From the IMG/VR virus record IMGVR_UViG_3300031722_000008, positions 32,001-96,000 of that record: a stretch of DNA of 64,000 bases. The stretch is one strand, 5' to 3'. The position numbers and the translations under genes are program-made. Below the pieces are notes generated by a model. That model was not told the DNA's origin. It did not search any database and was given only the letters and a program-made list of their open reading frames with translations. Origin of the DNA: a virus. Shown one piece after another: positions 50,423 to 62,396 of the stretch. Position 1 is the first letter of the stretch. Each line of letters begins with the position of its first letter.

Positions 50423-50782
50423 ATGAATTTTGAAGAAAAATTAAAAATGTTCGGTATAGGAGCAATAGTAACAAGTTTAACAGGAATAATATGTACAGCA
50501 ATAATAACAGGAAATGCAAAAGAAAAGGAGCAAATAATAAAGGATAATGATTTAGAAAGAGTTGAAATAGAAAGACAAAAGAATGATTTGAGTTTAAGTT
50601 ATATAAAGTGTAAAGAAACAAAAGAGAAGTTAGAAAAGAGAGAATTAGATTTAAAGAGTAAAGAAGTAGATTTAAAAGAAAGAGAGAACCATGTAAAAGT
50701 GTGTGAGCAGAATTTAGAGTGTTCAATTAGGGATATGAAAAATTATATAAAATATGAATTGAAAGAGAAAAAAGAAGAATAA
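50423..50782 (+). CDS. Membrane-anchored coiled-coil cassette protein
   Basis: Motif and leader at 50383, FGIGAIVTSLTGIICTAII. Confidence 0.7.
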   Translation: MNFEEKLKMFGIGAIVTSLTGIICTAIITGNAKEKEQIIKDNDLERVEIERQKNDLSLSYIKCKETKEKLEKRELDLKSKEVDLKERENHVKVCEQNLECSIRDMKNYIKYELKEKKEE

Positions 50783-50967
50783 AAAAAGAAGGCGATGAGC
50801 CTTCTTTTAATTTAGGGGGCATTGTAACGAGAACAATAACATATGGACAATTTCATTATAACACGAGATTTTGTTTTTTTCAAAATATAGTTTTTCTTGT
50901 ATAAGATATTAAATAAAGAAGAGTTAGGAAAATTCTATCTTTATTTAATTTTTTGCTTTAGAAAGGA

Positions 50968-52468
50968 ATGAGATTGATGATTAAAGTCTGTATTTGTTGC
51001 GCAGTGATAGGTGTTACACTAGAAATAGGTAACAGATTCTGTATCGCACGCAACGAAAAAAATCCTAGCAGTAAATATCGATTAATACAGAAAGGTATTA
51101 ATGGTACGCTAAAATATCTTAAAATGGGCGTTGGTTCCTATGCAGTTGTAAAAACTGGAATAAATTTAATGAAGGAGAGATAATTATGATTTTTGTAGCA
51201 TTAACAGGGTTATTAATAGGTTCAGTTGGAGGTTCAGTCATTGGGAATGGAATAAAAGTAAATGATGAAAACAAATTAAGAGTTGATTTCAAGAAAGGCT
51301 GGGCAGAATCAAATAGATATGGTCTTTTATCTGAATTATTAGTTACAGCAGCTTTTTGTGCGCTAAGTGGAGCAGGAGAAGTTGTTAATGAAGCATTTGA
51401 TGATACTAAGAAAGAATTATACGAAAGAAAAGATGAGATAGCAGGGAAAGTAGCTGATACTAGACTTGAAAAAGAAAAAAGCAGTATATTAAAGACTTAC
51501 AGTAGAATTTATAATGCTCAAGATCCCAATAATGAAATCAATTCAATATCTGAAGAACAAGGTATTGATAAGTTCAAACTTTATGGAATTAAATCATTAG
51601 AAGAGGGAGACATATGCAATATAATTGATGAGAAGAAAGAGGATTTAAAATCACTAGAGAACTTAACACTTGCTTATAGCTTTAATCATGCAATGAACTT
51701 TGATGATTTAGAAAGAATACAAAGAAGTTATAATTACGCAGAGGAAGAATACAACAAAATAAATAGATAAGATGACATTCAGGGGGATGAGTATTATGCA
51801 ATTTATATCAGATAAAGAATTCAAAGAAGCAGAAAAAATAGTTCAAGAGGAATTGGAAGATGCGTGGGAATTTAATGTCGGCGACTTATATATGTTAAAG
51901 AGTGATTTGGAAACAAATCCAGAGCATGCAAATATATATGCAGTTAGTCTAATCCAAAAAGAATTATTAGAAAAAGACTTTCCTCACTTAAAAAAAGAGA
52001 AGATGTTCCACCTTTGGACAGAAGGTGAACTTAGAACCTATATAGAAAAGAAAACAGGTAATTCGGTAGACCTTGATTATTTCGCTAATAACATTAAGTA
52101 TTCTAATGATGGATATAAGATAAGAAGATTTAATATTGAGAATGAGAAAACAAAATGTTATCCAAATTTAGGTCACAGCGCAATCCATGCTTATTGGCAA
52201 GTAACACAAAAAGTAGCAAGGATGGGAGGTGCGAATAATGGAAAATGATAATCCTATATATATAGTTACTATAGTAGCTTATGAAAAGATCACTAATCTT
52301 CAACCTTTTTCAAGTCCTAGTCTTGCAGTAAATTTCCTAAATTCATGTATAAATACTCAATTTGAGACTCAGGATTTAACAGAGTATAAAATAAGAGATA
52401 AGCTTGCAACAACAGAATTTCGAGGAACAGATATCTTTATAAGGTTTATTAATGAGAATGCTAGTTAG
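50968..52468 (+). other. Hypothetical genes (50968-51183, 51186-51770 membrane protein, 51772-52248, 52229-52468)
   Basis: Coupled ORFs downstream of the motif at 50899. Confidence 0.55.
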
Positions 52469-52481
52469 GTCGTGATTCATA

Positions 52482-52916
52482 ATGAGGGGTACAGTTTTAT
52501 TTTTCAATAAGACTTATGGATTTATAAGGGCTGACAACAATGAACTAGAAGAAGATATTTTTTTTAGATATAAAGATATAATTACTGAGACTTCATTTAA
52601 GCAAGCTTCTCAAGGAGATATAGTTGAATTCGAAATAGAATTAGAGAAAGAGAGGCTCAAAGCTAAAGATGTTAAAATCATGGAAGAAATAATAAATGGA
52701 AAGAAAGTAATAAGGGTTTGTATATATCCAATCAAGGACAACACATTCCCTCTTTTTTCTTTCTATGAACAAGTGATATCTAAAACAGCAGTAGGACTAA
52801 AGCATGCCTTTATATTTAACGACAAAATTATCGCTACATCTGAAAAGATAGATAAGAATATGGCGATGGACATAATTAATAATAAAAATGATGATTATAT
52901 ATTTAAATTTATATAA
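52482..52916 (+). CDS. Cold-shock (OB) domain protein with a C-terminal extension
   Basis: GTVLFFNKTYGFI...DIFF...GDIVEFEI...AKDV. Confidence 0.75.
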   Translation: MRGTVLFFNKTYGFIRADNNELEEDIFFRYKDIITETSFKQASQGDIVEFEIELEKERLKAKDVKIMEEIINGKKVIRVCIYPIKDNTFPLFSFYEQVISKTAVGLKHAFIFNDKIIATSEKIDKNMAMDIINNKNDDYIFKFI

Positions 52917-52933
52917 AAGGAGGAACTGATGAT

Positions 52934-55270
52934 ATGGCAATAGCAAAAAAAGAAAGATTCGAAAATAAAGGAATAAAACAAAAGCTAAATATTCCAGGAG
53001 CTAATTTTCCACCAGATAAAATAACTTATGGTGATATGAAGCTAACATTTTTAGGTACCTCAAATAAAGAAGATTTATTTCCACCAAGTACTCAAGATGC
53101 TGATTTAATAAATCCAATAATGGAGGGTAATATCGGACAGTATATTTATTCGGCACCAAATGCAGACCTATATGATTTACTTATCTATAAGGATGAAGTT
53201 GATCAAATATTCTTGCATAGCATAAAAACTAGACTGCAATAAGGAGGCGGAGAAATTGCCAAAAAAAATGACAGAACTTGAAAAGCGCAGGCAACGCACA
53301 CAAGAATTCCTAAATGAGCTTGGAGTAAAAATGCCAATCGTTAAATTCTCAACTCCAACGAAAGAGGCTGACCTAATTAACAACAAAAATTTCATTAGTG
53401 TAGCGAGTGAGATTATTTTTGATAAAGTAATGGATTCAGCAATGAACGAACCTAAACTGCACACAGCTGTATTTAAAAATTCATTCAAGAGGAAGTTTCT
53501 ATGTAAGACATGGGCAAAAACAAAACTTCCAATGATAACAAATAGTATTTATGCTGAAGTAATAAATACTCTGCAAGATACCATTATTGTTGATTCATTG
53601 GAAGGAGAAGAAAAAGAGTGGCTAGATGTAGACTATCCTCTTTACATGGTATGTGACAGTAAATACTTTCAATCAAACTTTTGGGAGTTCAGAGACCAAG
53701 AATTAAAAAGTATAGAAGTTGCTGCACAGGATTTTATTGATTATACATCACTACTTGTATGTAAATACATCTTTTCTTTTACAAGAGATTTAGATGATTC
53801 ATCTAAAGAGCAGATACTTGGGAATATAGGTGGACTTGATGACATAAGGAATGCTGTAAAAATAACATTCCTCGGTAAGCTACTATCATACAGTAGTGTC
53901 CTTGCATGGTATGATTCCTTTCTAAAACATTACGAAGTCTGTATACTGTTAGGGAAAGATGAATTTGAGAAAGGAGTTAGTAAGATTGAGGAAATGCCAA
54001 GAAGTAGAAGTAGAAATAGAAAGGAGAAAATAGTTAAATGAGTAAAGTAGATTTAATAATAACTGAGAAACCAGTTCAAGATGTTGCGGTATATCCAGGA
54101 GGCGTTATTTATGGAGAAATAATTGTGGATGGTGAAATAAGAGATATAAATGATCCTACAATAATAATAACACCTGCAGTAAAAAAGAATAAGAGCCTCT
54201 TTATAGTTTCTTATGAACTTGGAGAGAAATTCATTCTTGTTGATTTAGAAGATAACATTGGTAATTTAGATGATAATGAATTAATTAGGGCAACACCTAA
54301 CATACTTATGTTTTCAGAAATAGTTACTGAATTAGTAAAATTATATCCTGGCTCTATATGGAAATATGCATCACATACAGATGTATCTATAGATTTAAAT
54401 ATATTGGTCTAATAAAACAGGATTACATTGCGTAATCCTGTTTTATTTATAAAAGGAGGGACTAATCTTGAGTAGAAAGCAATTAGATTTCAGTAGTGAC
54501 GAAGTAATTATTGATGTGCTTGGATGTGCGAATGGAGTTTATGGAGGTGGTATAGCTGTTCCAATAGATGGAGGACATCCATGTGGATGGGAATGGATAG
54601 ATTTCAAAGACGTTGAAGATATATTAGAGCATAAATTTGAAGATTGTGAAATAAGTGATGGTTGCAGCAATGGAGATTTCACAGATAAAACATTAAAAGA
54701 AATATTAAAAATAACAGAAGGCAAATTCGCATTCGAGGTAAATAGAAATTCTATAGATTGGGAAACAGATTAATATTATAAAGAAATGGGGTACCAAAAA
54801 TGAAAATGCAAGAAGTAGGAACAATAATATTTACAAGTTTAGCTGTTGCGGAAAAAAATCTAAGAGATTTATTAGAATCAACAGAAGCTATTAAGGAAAT
54901 GAAAAATATTCTTTCTCATATGACAGAGAAGGAACAGGATGAGTTTTTATTAGACCCATCTAAGGTTAAAAAGGTTGAGCAAGCATTAGAGTATGCTTTT
55001 GGGAATCCTTCTGAAGATAAATTTATAGAGGCTATTAGTTCTTCCGCTGAATTGATCTCGGTTGACAATGCGCTAAATGAAATGATGCATAATTTCACCA
55101 AGGAGAAACGCATTCCAAACCCAAAAGCTATAGCAAGATTATCAAAATCTTTTGTCACATATATAGAGATACTCAATGATTTTTATGATAAGACACTAGG
55201 CGATAATAAAATCAACGCTATTAAAGAAGAATTCCTTAAAATGTTAATAGTTACCACAATAGAACTTTAG
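52934..55270 (+). other. Hypothetical genes (52934-53242, 53256-54041, 54038-54412, 54468-54773, 54800-55270)
   Basis: ORFs with GGAGG-type RBSs. Confidence 0.6.
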
Positions 55271-55279
55271 GAGGGCATT

Positions 55280-56305
55280 ATGAAGATAATATATTTTACA
55301 GATCCACATGGAAAAGCAGGTAATCCATCAGTCCGTTTAGATAACTTTTCTGAAACAATTCTCAATAAATTCAAATATGTTGGGAAGTATGCTGAACAGA
55401 TTAAAGCAGCAGCTATACTTATTGGTGGAGATTTACTTGATACTCCCGATGTATCTCAAAACTTTATCAGTGAACTTTCTTATATAATACAGAATTATCC
55501 ATGTGAAACAGATGTGATACTCGGAAACCACGACATCTATGGATACAATCCCGAAACTTTCTTAAGAACATCATTGAACATTTCTAATAAATTAAATGCT
55601 TTTAATCGATTGGGTAAGGAACCTAAAGTTGTACAAAATATGCTTGAAGGTCCAATAGCTGCCATAACAGGTCAAGACAGCTACGTTCACTTAGATAAAC
55701 CTGAGAACATTGGAGATTATGCAGACTCAAAGGTAATTGATGGAGCAGTTAACATTCATATGGTACATGGAATGCTTGTAGAAAAAGTATGGCCACAGGT
55801 TAAGTATTGCACTACACTTGAGCAAGTTATGGAGGCTAATCCTAATGCAGATATAATACTAAGTGGACATGAACACACTGGCTATGGAATTAAAATATTT
55901 TACAGATCAGATGGAAGAAAAGTTATCTTCTGTAATCCAGGAAGTCTTGCAAGAGTTACATCTAGTACTGGAGACTTGCGTAAAGATGTAAGAATGGCTG
56001 TTATAACTATTGAGAATGGCGAATATGATATCGAGTTAGTAAATCTACCTCTTGATATTGCAAGACCTGCTAATGAGGTTATAGATTGGGAAAGAGTAGC
56101 TCTAGAAAAAGCTAATAAAGAAAAGTTACAGAACTTACTTACAAATATAAGTAAACCAGAATTAGCTACTGACCTAAATTACTTTGAAGCCCTAAATCAG
56201 TTAGTCGAAAGAAGTGAAGTTCCTATCGATGAAAGAGTTATAGCTGAATGTATAAAACAACTACAAGCAGCAGAAGAAGCATTAAAAATGGATAAAGAGG
56301 ACTAG
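55280..56305 (+). CDS. SbcD/Mre11-like metallophosphoesterase nuclease
   Basis: DPH, GGDLLD, GNHD, HG, SGHEH and NPGSL motifs. Confidence 0.85.
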   Translation: MKIIYFTDPHGKAGNPSVRLDNFSETILNKFKYVGKYAEQIKAAAILIGGDLLDTPDVSQNFISELSYIIQNYPCETDVILGNHDIYGYNPETFLRTSLNISNKLNAFNRLGKEPKVVQNMLEGPIAAITGQDSYVHLDKPENIGDYADSKVIDGAVNIHMVHGMLVEKVWPQVKYCTTLEQVMEANPNADIILSGHEHTGYGIKIFYRSDGRKVIFCNPGSLARVTSSTGDLRKDVRMAVITIENGEYDIELVNLPLDIARPANEVIDWERVALEKANKEKLQNLLTNISKPELATDLNYFEALNQLVERSEVPIDERVIAECIKQLQAAEEALKMDKED

Positions 56306-56392
56306 TATAAATTTTAAAAAGACTAGACAAAATGTAGTATAAGATATTTGTAAGAGGAACAAACTATATAATAAAAAATGGAGGAATGAAGG

Positions 56393-56638
56393 ATGAAAGC
56401 AACAGGAATAGTAAGAAAGATCGATGAATTAGGAAGGGTAGTAATACCAATGGAATTAAGAAGGACTTTAGGAATTAAAGAAAAAGATGGAATGGAAATT
56501 ATGGTAGATGGAGAGAGTATTGTACTTAGAAAGTATGAACCAGCATGTATATTCTGCGCAGAAGCAGGAGACACAATAAACTATAAAGGAAAAAATATAT
56601 GTAATAAATGTTTTGAAGAAATTAAAAAACAAAAATAA
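56393..56638 (+). CDS. abrB: AbrB-family transition-state regulator
   Basis: MKATGIVRKIDELGRVVIPMELRRTLGI...LRKYEPACIFC. Confidence 0.9.
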   Translation: MKATGIVRKIDELGRVVIPMELRRTLGIKEKDGMEIMVDGESIVLRKYEPACIFCAEAGDTINYKGKNICNKCFEEIKKQK

Positions 56639-56719
56639 AACAAATAGGAAGAAATATTAAGGTGGAGTAAAATCCACCTTATTAACTTTGCTAAAATTTT
56701 TTGATGGGGGAATGTAAAA

Positions 56720-58068
56720 ATGAAACAAATGCAATTTAGAAGTAAAAGTGTAGCAGCACCAAAGGGACCACAAATGATAGGTAATAATGCTCTTAAAACT
56801 CAATTATTTAAGAGTGCAAGCGGTAAAGTAGTAAGTATGGACACTAAAAGAAAACTAAATACAAAATTAGATTTAAAAGCAAAGATGGCAAACAATAAAC
56901 CAGTATTTGAGACAGGAGATAATTGCAAAAACAGAACAGTGAAGAGAGGTTATTTAGGTTCTGATGAAGTTAATATTTTCATGAATATGTTTGCTTGTGT
57001 TCAATTGGTTGAGGGCGTTAGGAATTTAGAATATAAGGAATCTTCAGAAGCATGGGGTATATGGAAAGAAAAAGGCATTATAACTCCAGAGCAACAAAAG
57101 AACTTAAAGTTGTTTGTGACTTATGGAGCTAAATTTTTGAATGATGTTTTTAATAATAATCTTGATTCAGGAACAAAAGATTCTCTTAGTAAGAAATTAT
57201 TAAATTATGATTATAGAATTACTGACGATTATACATTAAGAAAAGTATATGCAATGTTTGAAGGTGATAAAGAATATAGCATATCGAAAGATAATTTCTT
57301 TGACATGGTTGAATCTAAGATGATAACTGATTGTAAGGGTTGCACTAAATGTAGAGATAATTGCGATACTTTTAAATTGTTCGATGATTATTTAGTTCCA
57401 CCAGTATCAGAAAATAGCGCTTGTACTCAACCTAACTGTGAGTATGCTTATGTATAACGAAGAATGGGAGCAATCAATACAAATAGCAAGAGAGGCTGTA
57501 TGTAGGAACCCAGAATTTTACGAGATGTTTATGAAAGATCCTTTGTTTCGTAATGCTATGCAATTTCTTAATAGAAATAAAGTTAAGGAATCTGAATTAA
57601 TAAAATTAATCTATGATTTGTGTAAGAGTAACGAAGAGCTTACTCGCAAATTGATTGAGATTGATATAAAGAAACCAAGAGTATATATAATAGACAAAGA
57701 AATGTTTGTACCTTATAAGGGGGAATTAAATGAAAACAACGATAGAGGAAGTAGTAGCGAGAGCATTGAGACCCAAGAACAACTTAAAAGAGATACTTTC
57801 AAAGATTAATCCTGAAACAATAATCGATGTAAAAATACCAAGAACAATAAATGGCTATGAGGTGTTTTTTTCATATATAACTATAAGAGGAAATAAAAAA
57901 GAAAACAAAAGGAAAGTACTCTTAGTAGAACATGATTTTTATCCTGGTCATTTAGAGAAAAAGTTTTATGAGTGGATAGATAAATACAATAAAGAACATG
58001 AGGGTAGGCCATATCTAAAGGTAAAGTTTCTTAGATATGAGTTCCTTGGTTCTATGATAGAAGATTAA
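56720..58068 (+). other. Hypothetical genes (56720-57457 with a C-terminal Cys cluster, 57438-57809, 57730-58068)
   Basis: Overlapping ORFs. Confidence 0.55.
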
Positions 58069-58290
58069 TATCTTCTATCATCATTTCCTTCTGATACCTC
58101 GGAGCTGAGGGTTGGTTTAGTGAAATAGATATTAACCAGTATCTATTTCACGTATATCTTGGCATAAACCGTAGAATGGATTCGCCTATGTATTTTGAAA
58201 GTAATATATCGAATTGCTCGAGAAAGTTTTAAAATCAAGTAAATCTTTTTTCCTTACTTAATTGGTAATAAATTAAGTAAGGTGAAGGAA

Positions 58291-59313
58291 ATGAAAAAAA
58301 TCGAACTACAAATGTTACAAGCATTACCACTAGAAATAAAGATAGCAAAAACCATAAGACGGATTATTGAATGGGTTGAATTTTACGGAGAAGAACACTG
58401 CTATATAAGTTTCAGTGGAGGAAAAGACTCTGTAGTATTAACTCATTTAGTTAGAAAATTATATCCAAACATTCCTCTTGTATTCGCTGATACTGGACTT
58501 GAGTATCCCGAAATAAGAGATTTTGTAAAGAAACAAAGTAATGTAACTATGGTTAAACCTAAAATGACCATATCAGAAGTTATCACTAGATATGGATTTC
58601 CAGTTGTAAGTAAGGCAGTATCAGGAAATATATATAAAGTAAGATTTCAAAATCTATGTGCAAGATTTAAGAACTATTTATTGAATGGTGATGAGAGAGG
58701 AAAATTTGGAACAATACCAAAGAAGTGGCAATTTCTTTTAAATGTAGATTTCAAAATAGGTAATGGATGTTGTAATGCCATGAAGAAAGCTCCAATTAAA
58801 CGGTATGAAAAGAAGAGCGGAAGATATGCTATGTTTACAGGAGAAACAGCAGATGAGAGCAGAGATAGAGAGAAAACTTATCTTAAATGGGGCTGTAATG
58901 CATTTTCTAGAAAGTCAGGTCCCAAAAGCACACCAATTGGATTTTGGACAAATAATGATGTACTCGAATATATACATAGAAATCACTTGGAGATTTCAGA
59001 AATATATGGAGATATAATCATTAAAGATTACAGAACACTCCCTGACGAAAGTAAGTATCCTATTTATGATACAACAGGAGAGAAAAGGACAGGATGTATG
59101 TTTTGTTTGTATGGCATTCATATGGAAGATAGTCCTCATAGAATAGATAGAATGCTTACTACTCATCCAAGAATAAGAGATTATTGTTTGAGGGGTGGAA
59201 AATATAATGATGAGGGATTATGGGTACCACATCAAGGATTAGGCTTTGCTCATGTATTGGAAGTTTTAAAAATACCATTTATAAAGATAGGAGAGATTAT
59301 TAATGGAAAATAA
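58291..59313 (+). CDS. PAPS-reductase-family (PP-loop) protein
   Basis: SFSGGKDS, DTGLEYPE, CC..MKK.P and RTGCMFC motifs. Confidence 0.85.
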   Translation: MKKIELQMLQALPLEIKIAKTIRRIIEWVEFYGEEHCYISFSGGKDSVVLTHLVRKLYPNIPLVFADTGLEYPEIRDFVKKQSNVTMVKPKMTISEVITRYGFPVVSKAVSGNIYKVRFQNLCARFKNYLLNGDERGKFGTIPKKWQFLLNVDFKIGNGCCNAMKKAPIKRYEKKSGRYAMFTGETADESRDREKTYLKWGCNAFSRKSGPKSTPIGFWTNNDVLEYIHRNHLEISEIYGDIIIKDYRTLPDESKYPIYDTTGEKRTGCMFCLYGIHMEDSPHRIDRMLTTHPRIRDYCLRGGKYNDEGLWVPHQGLGFAHVLEVLKIPFIKIGEIINGK

Positions 59314-61005
59314 AATAAGAATCTTAGGAAAACCAATAGATGTTGAGAAAATGGAACATGCATTATCGGAGTTAGATATGTCTAAAAAGGAAAGTGAATT
59401 AAGACTAGAAATTCAAGATATAATCGATAACAATAAATTAAATGTGAAAGTTTTATGTAACGGAAATGGTATAGTGTCTTACAAAAGAACAATCAAAGAA
59501 TATGAGAAATATAAGAAAGCAGGCACACTAGATAGGCTTTCTGATCATTTCTATAAATTTCTAACATTAGATTGTAATGATATAGCTCATTACAATAAGC
59601 TTGGATATATTGATTACTATGATAATGACTTTAATCTTGTCCAAAAAGAGGTTATTGATAGGACTCTTGCACCTAGATGGAAAACAGATGTAATAAAAAT
59701 ACTAAATGAAATTCAATCGAAAGTGAGGGTATGGTAATGACAATAGATGATGCGAAAAATAATATAGGAAATAAGGTTATCTATGAGCGCGCTCATTGCA
59801 AGGCAGAATATGGAGTAATTACATCAGTAAATAGCAGGACTGTTTTTGTTAGATATGGTACTAATGTAAATTCTCAAGGTACTGATCCCGAAGACTTAAC
59901 ATTAGATAAATAAGGGGATGATGGCATGGATTTGATGAATGAGGAAATAATAGGAGTACTACCATTAAGTAATGTCATGGCTATCATGATAGCCATGACA
60001 GAAGAAGAAGATTATATTTATTATCAATGGTCAGATGAAAATGAAGCTATTAAAACTGATTTATTTTGTGATGGTGATGGACAAGCTTATTTTGAAGTAG
60101 AGGGTGGAGACAAATATTATACAAGAGATTTTGTAAAAATAGATAAGAGGGTGAGAGAGTTATGTCAGAAGTAATAATAATAGATGGTATTCCTTATACA
60201 AAATCAAATAAGAGAATGAGATATAATCCTGAATTTTGCGAAAATCATGGAGAGCCATATACTGATGATGATTTAATATATATCTGTTCTGTTAGCGAAG
60301 GCATGAAAAAAGGGGATATAGCTATGGCCATTGGGAAAACTCATGGTTCAATATTGAATAAACTTTATTTATTAAAACATCGCTATTTCAATAAAGAAAA
60401 AGAAATAACAATGTTTGATTATTATAAAGGAGTGGCAGATGGTAAATATGAGCAAATTGATTTGAAGAGAAGATATCGATCAGATTTACCAAATAACGGA
60501 AAAGCTTATAAAACTGAAGAATTAATATATATGTGTTTTAATTATGATAAATTATCAAAAAATGAAATAGCCATTGAAATAGGAAAAACTCAAGTAGGGA
60601 TAAGAGGTAAGGTTGGCAAATTAAAACATGAATATTTCAATAAAGAAAAGAAAATAACAATGTTCGATTATTATAAAGATTTGGGGGATAAAAAATATGG
60701 CAAAGAAAAAGATAATGATTCAGATACCATTGATAAAGTATCTTAAAGAGATAACAAAAGATTGGGGAAAATCAGAGCAAATATTTGTAACAAAAACTTA
60801 CGGTGGCTGGGTAATAATATCTGATGAAGAACCACCAACATTAGATAAGGCAGAGGGACCTAATCATTATGAGTTTGATAATTGTATGGCATGGATGAAG
60901 TTACCTAGAGAAATACATGAGCATATCGATTTGAAGCGTGGCGAAAATAAGACATTAGATAAAGTACTTTATGAATTAGATGAGAAAGAAAAGAATTTGA
61001 AATAG
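59303..61005 (+). other. Hypothetical genes (59303-59737, 59731-59913, 59926-60174, 60162-60746, 60697-61005)
   Basis: Coupled ORFs. 60162-60746 has two HTH-like repeats (IA..IGKT...I..K...LKH.YFNKEK.ITMFDYYK). Confidence 0.6.
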
Positions 61006-61013
61006 AGGTGCTT

Positions 61014-61553
61014 ATGGAAGAAAAATATATACACATCGATGATTTAAATGTTCATGCAGCAATCACTATGTTTTTACTTAAAAATATAAAAGAAGCAATG
61101 AAGTTGGAAAAGGATATTTTTATCTGTGCCTATGCAATAGATAAAAATATAGGTGATTCGGTTGGTCCACTCGTGGGATATAAAATAAGGAACATGAATC
61201 AAAATAAAATGATTGTTTGTGGTTCACTTGAGAATACATTTCAAGCTCTAAATATTGAAACTGTCCACAATACTATATCCAATAGTTTTGATAATTTATA
61301 TATAATAGCTATAGATGCTTGTTTAGGTGATTATAGGGATATAGGAAAAATACTTTTAAAATATGGCTCGGTACGACCTGGTGCAGGTGTTAATAAAAAA
61401 ATTCCTCCAGTAGGCGATATAAGTATAAAAGCTATTGTTGATGATTCTGATGATTATGAATTCTTTCCTCATAAACCTATGAGATTAAATTTCATAATGA
61501 GATTTGCTGATATTATCTCGGAGGCTATACTGAAAGTGAATAGTATCATATAA
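61014..61553 (+). CDS. yyaC: Spore protease YyaC-like protein
   Basis: GDSVGPLVG, IIAIDACLG and PGAGVNKKIPPVGDISI motifs. Confidence 0.8.
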   Translation: MEEKYIHIDDLNVHAAITMFLLKNIKEAMKLEKDIFICAYAIDKNIGDSVGPLVGYKIRNMNQNKMIVCGSLENTFQALNIETVHNTISNSFDNLYIIAIDACLGDYRDIGKILLKYGSVRPGAGVNKKIPPVGDISIKAIVDDSDDYEFFPHKPMRLNFIMRFADIISEAILKVNSII

Positions 61554-61627
61554 TATCTGTACGGGACTACAATTTGGTGGTAAACTTAATGTCATGCGGG
61601 TGGGAATGATAAGAATTGAGGTGAAAA

Positions 61628-62379
61628 GTGATGGAAAAATACGCAGTAGATTCAGCAATGATAGTAGCATCAGATGACCAATTATCAACAATTAAACAGT
61701 TAGTTAACGTAGTTGGTTCAGATGAAGCAGGTGATATCACAGTAAAAACAGCTAGCCAAGCAGAAAAGGTAATCAAAGATTTAGAAAGTAAAGTAAGGAG
61801 ATGTCAAAATGGCAGAAACAAATAGGAATCTTTTCAATGCATTTCCTACATTAGAACAATATGAAGCAGATGAACATTATTGCGTTAATGACAGAGACTT
61901 AAATAAATGCACAGGTAAACAGAGAGCCTACATTCATGGACTATTAGATAAAGCTCATATGGACGAAGAAGAACTTTTCCAAAGCTTAGGTATTGATGCT
62001 GAAACACTGAAAGACTTTACTATTGAAAATGCAGGAGAAGCAATAGATTATCTTAAAAGTGAATTAGGTTGGAATTAAATTCGAGGGGGGAACTTAAGTG
62101 TCAATAGAAATTACAAGAGGATCAGAAAGTAAAACTAAAATCATTCAAGATGCTATAGACTTACTAAGTAAAGCTATCTTAAATGGAGATTTAGTAATAA
62201 ATGTTAAAAATAACTTAAATCAAGATATAGTACTCTACGTTAAAGAAGTATCTAATAGAACAGTAAATCTAGAGATACTTGAACCAAATACCAAGATGCA
62301 CATTCAATGCGAAAATGTTGAAAAACTTACATTATTGGATAGCAATATTCAACTATCAATTAAAATAGTTTTAAATTAA
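61628..62379 (+). other. Three small hypothetical genes (61628-61825, 61809-62078, 62098-62379)
   Basis: ORFs with RBSs. Confidence 0.55.
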
Positions 62380-62396
62380 ATTTGAGGGGGATAACT

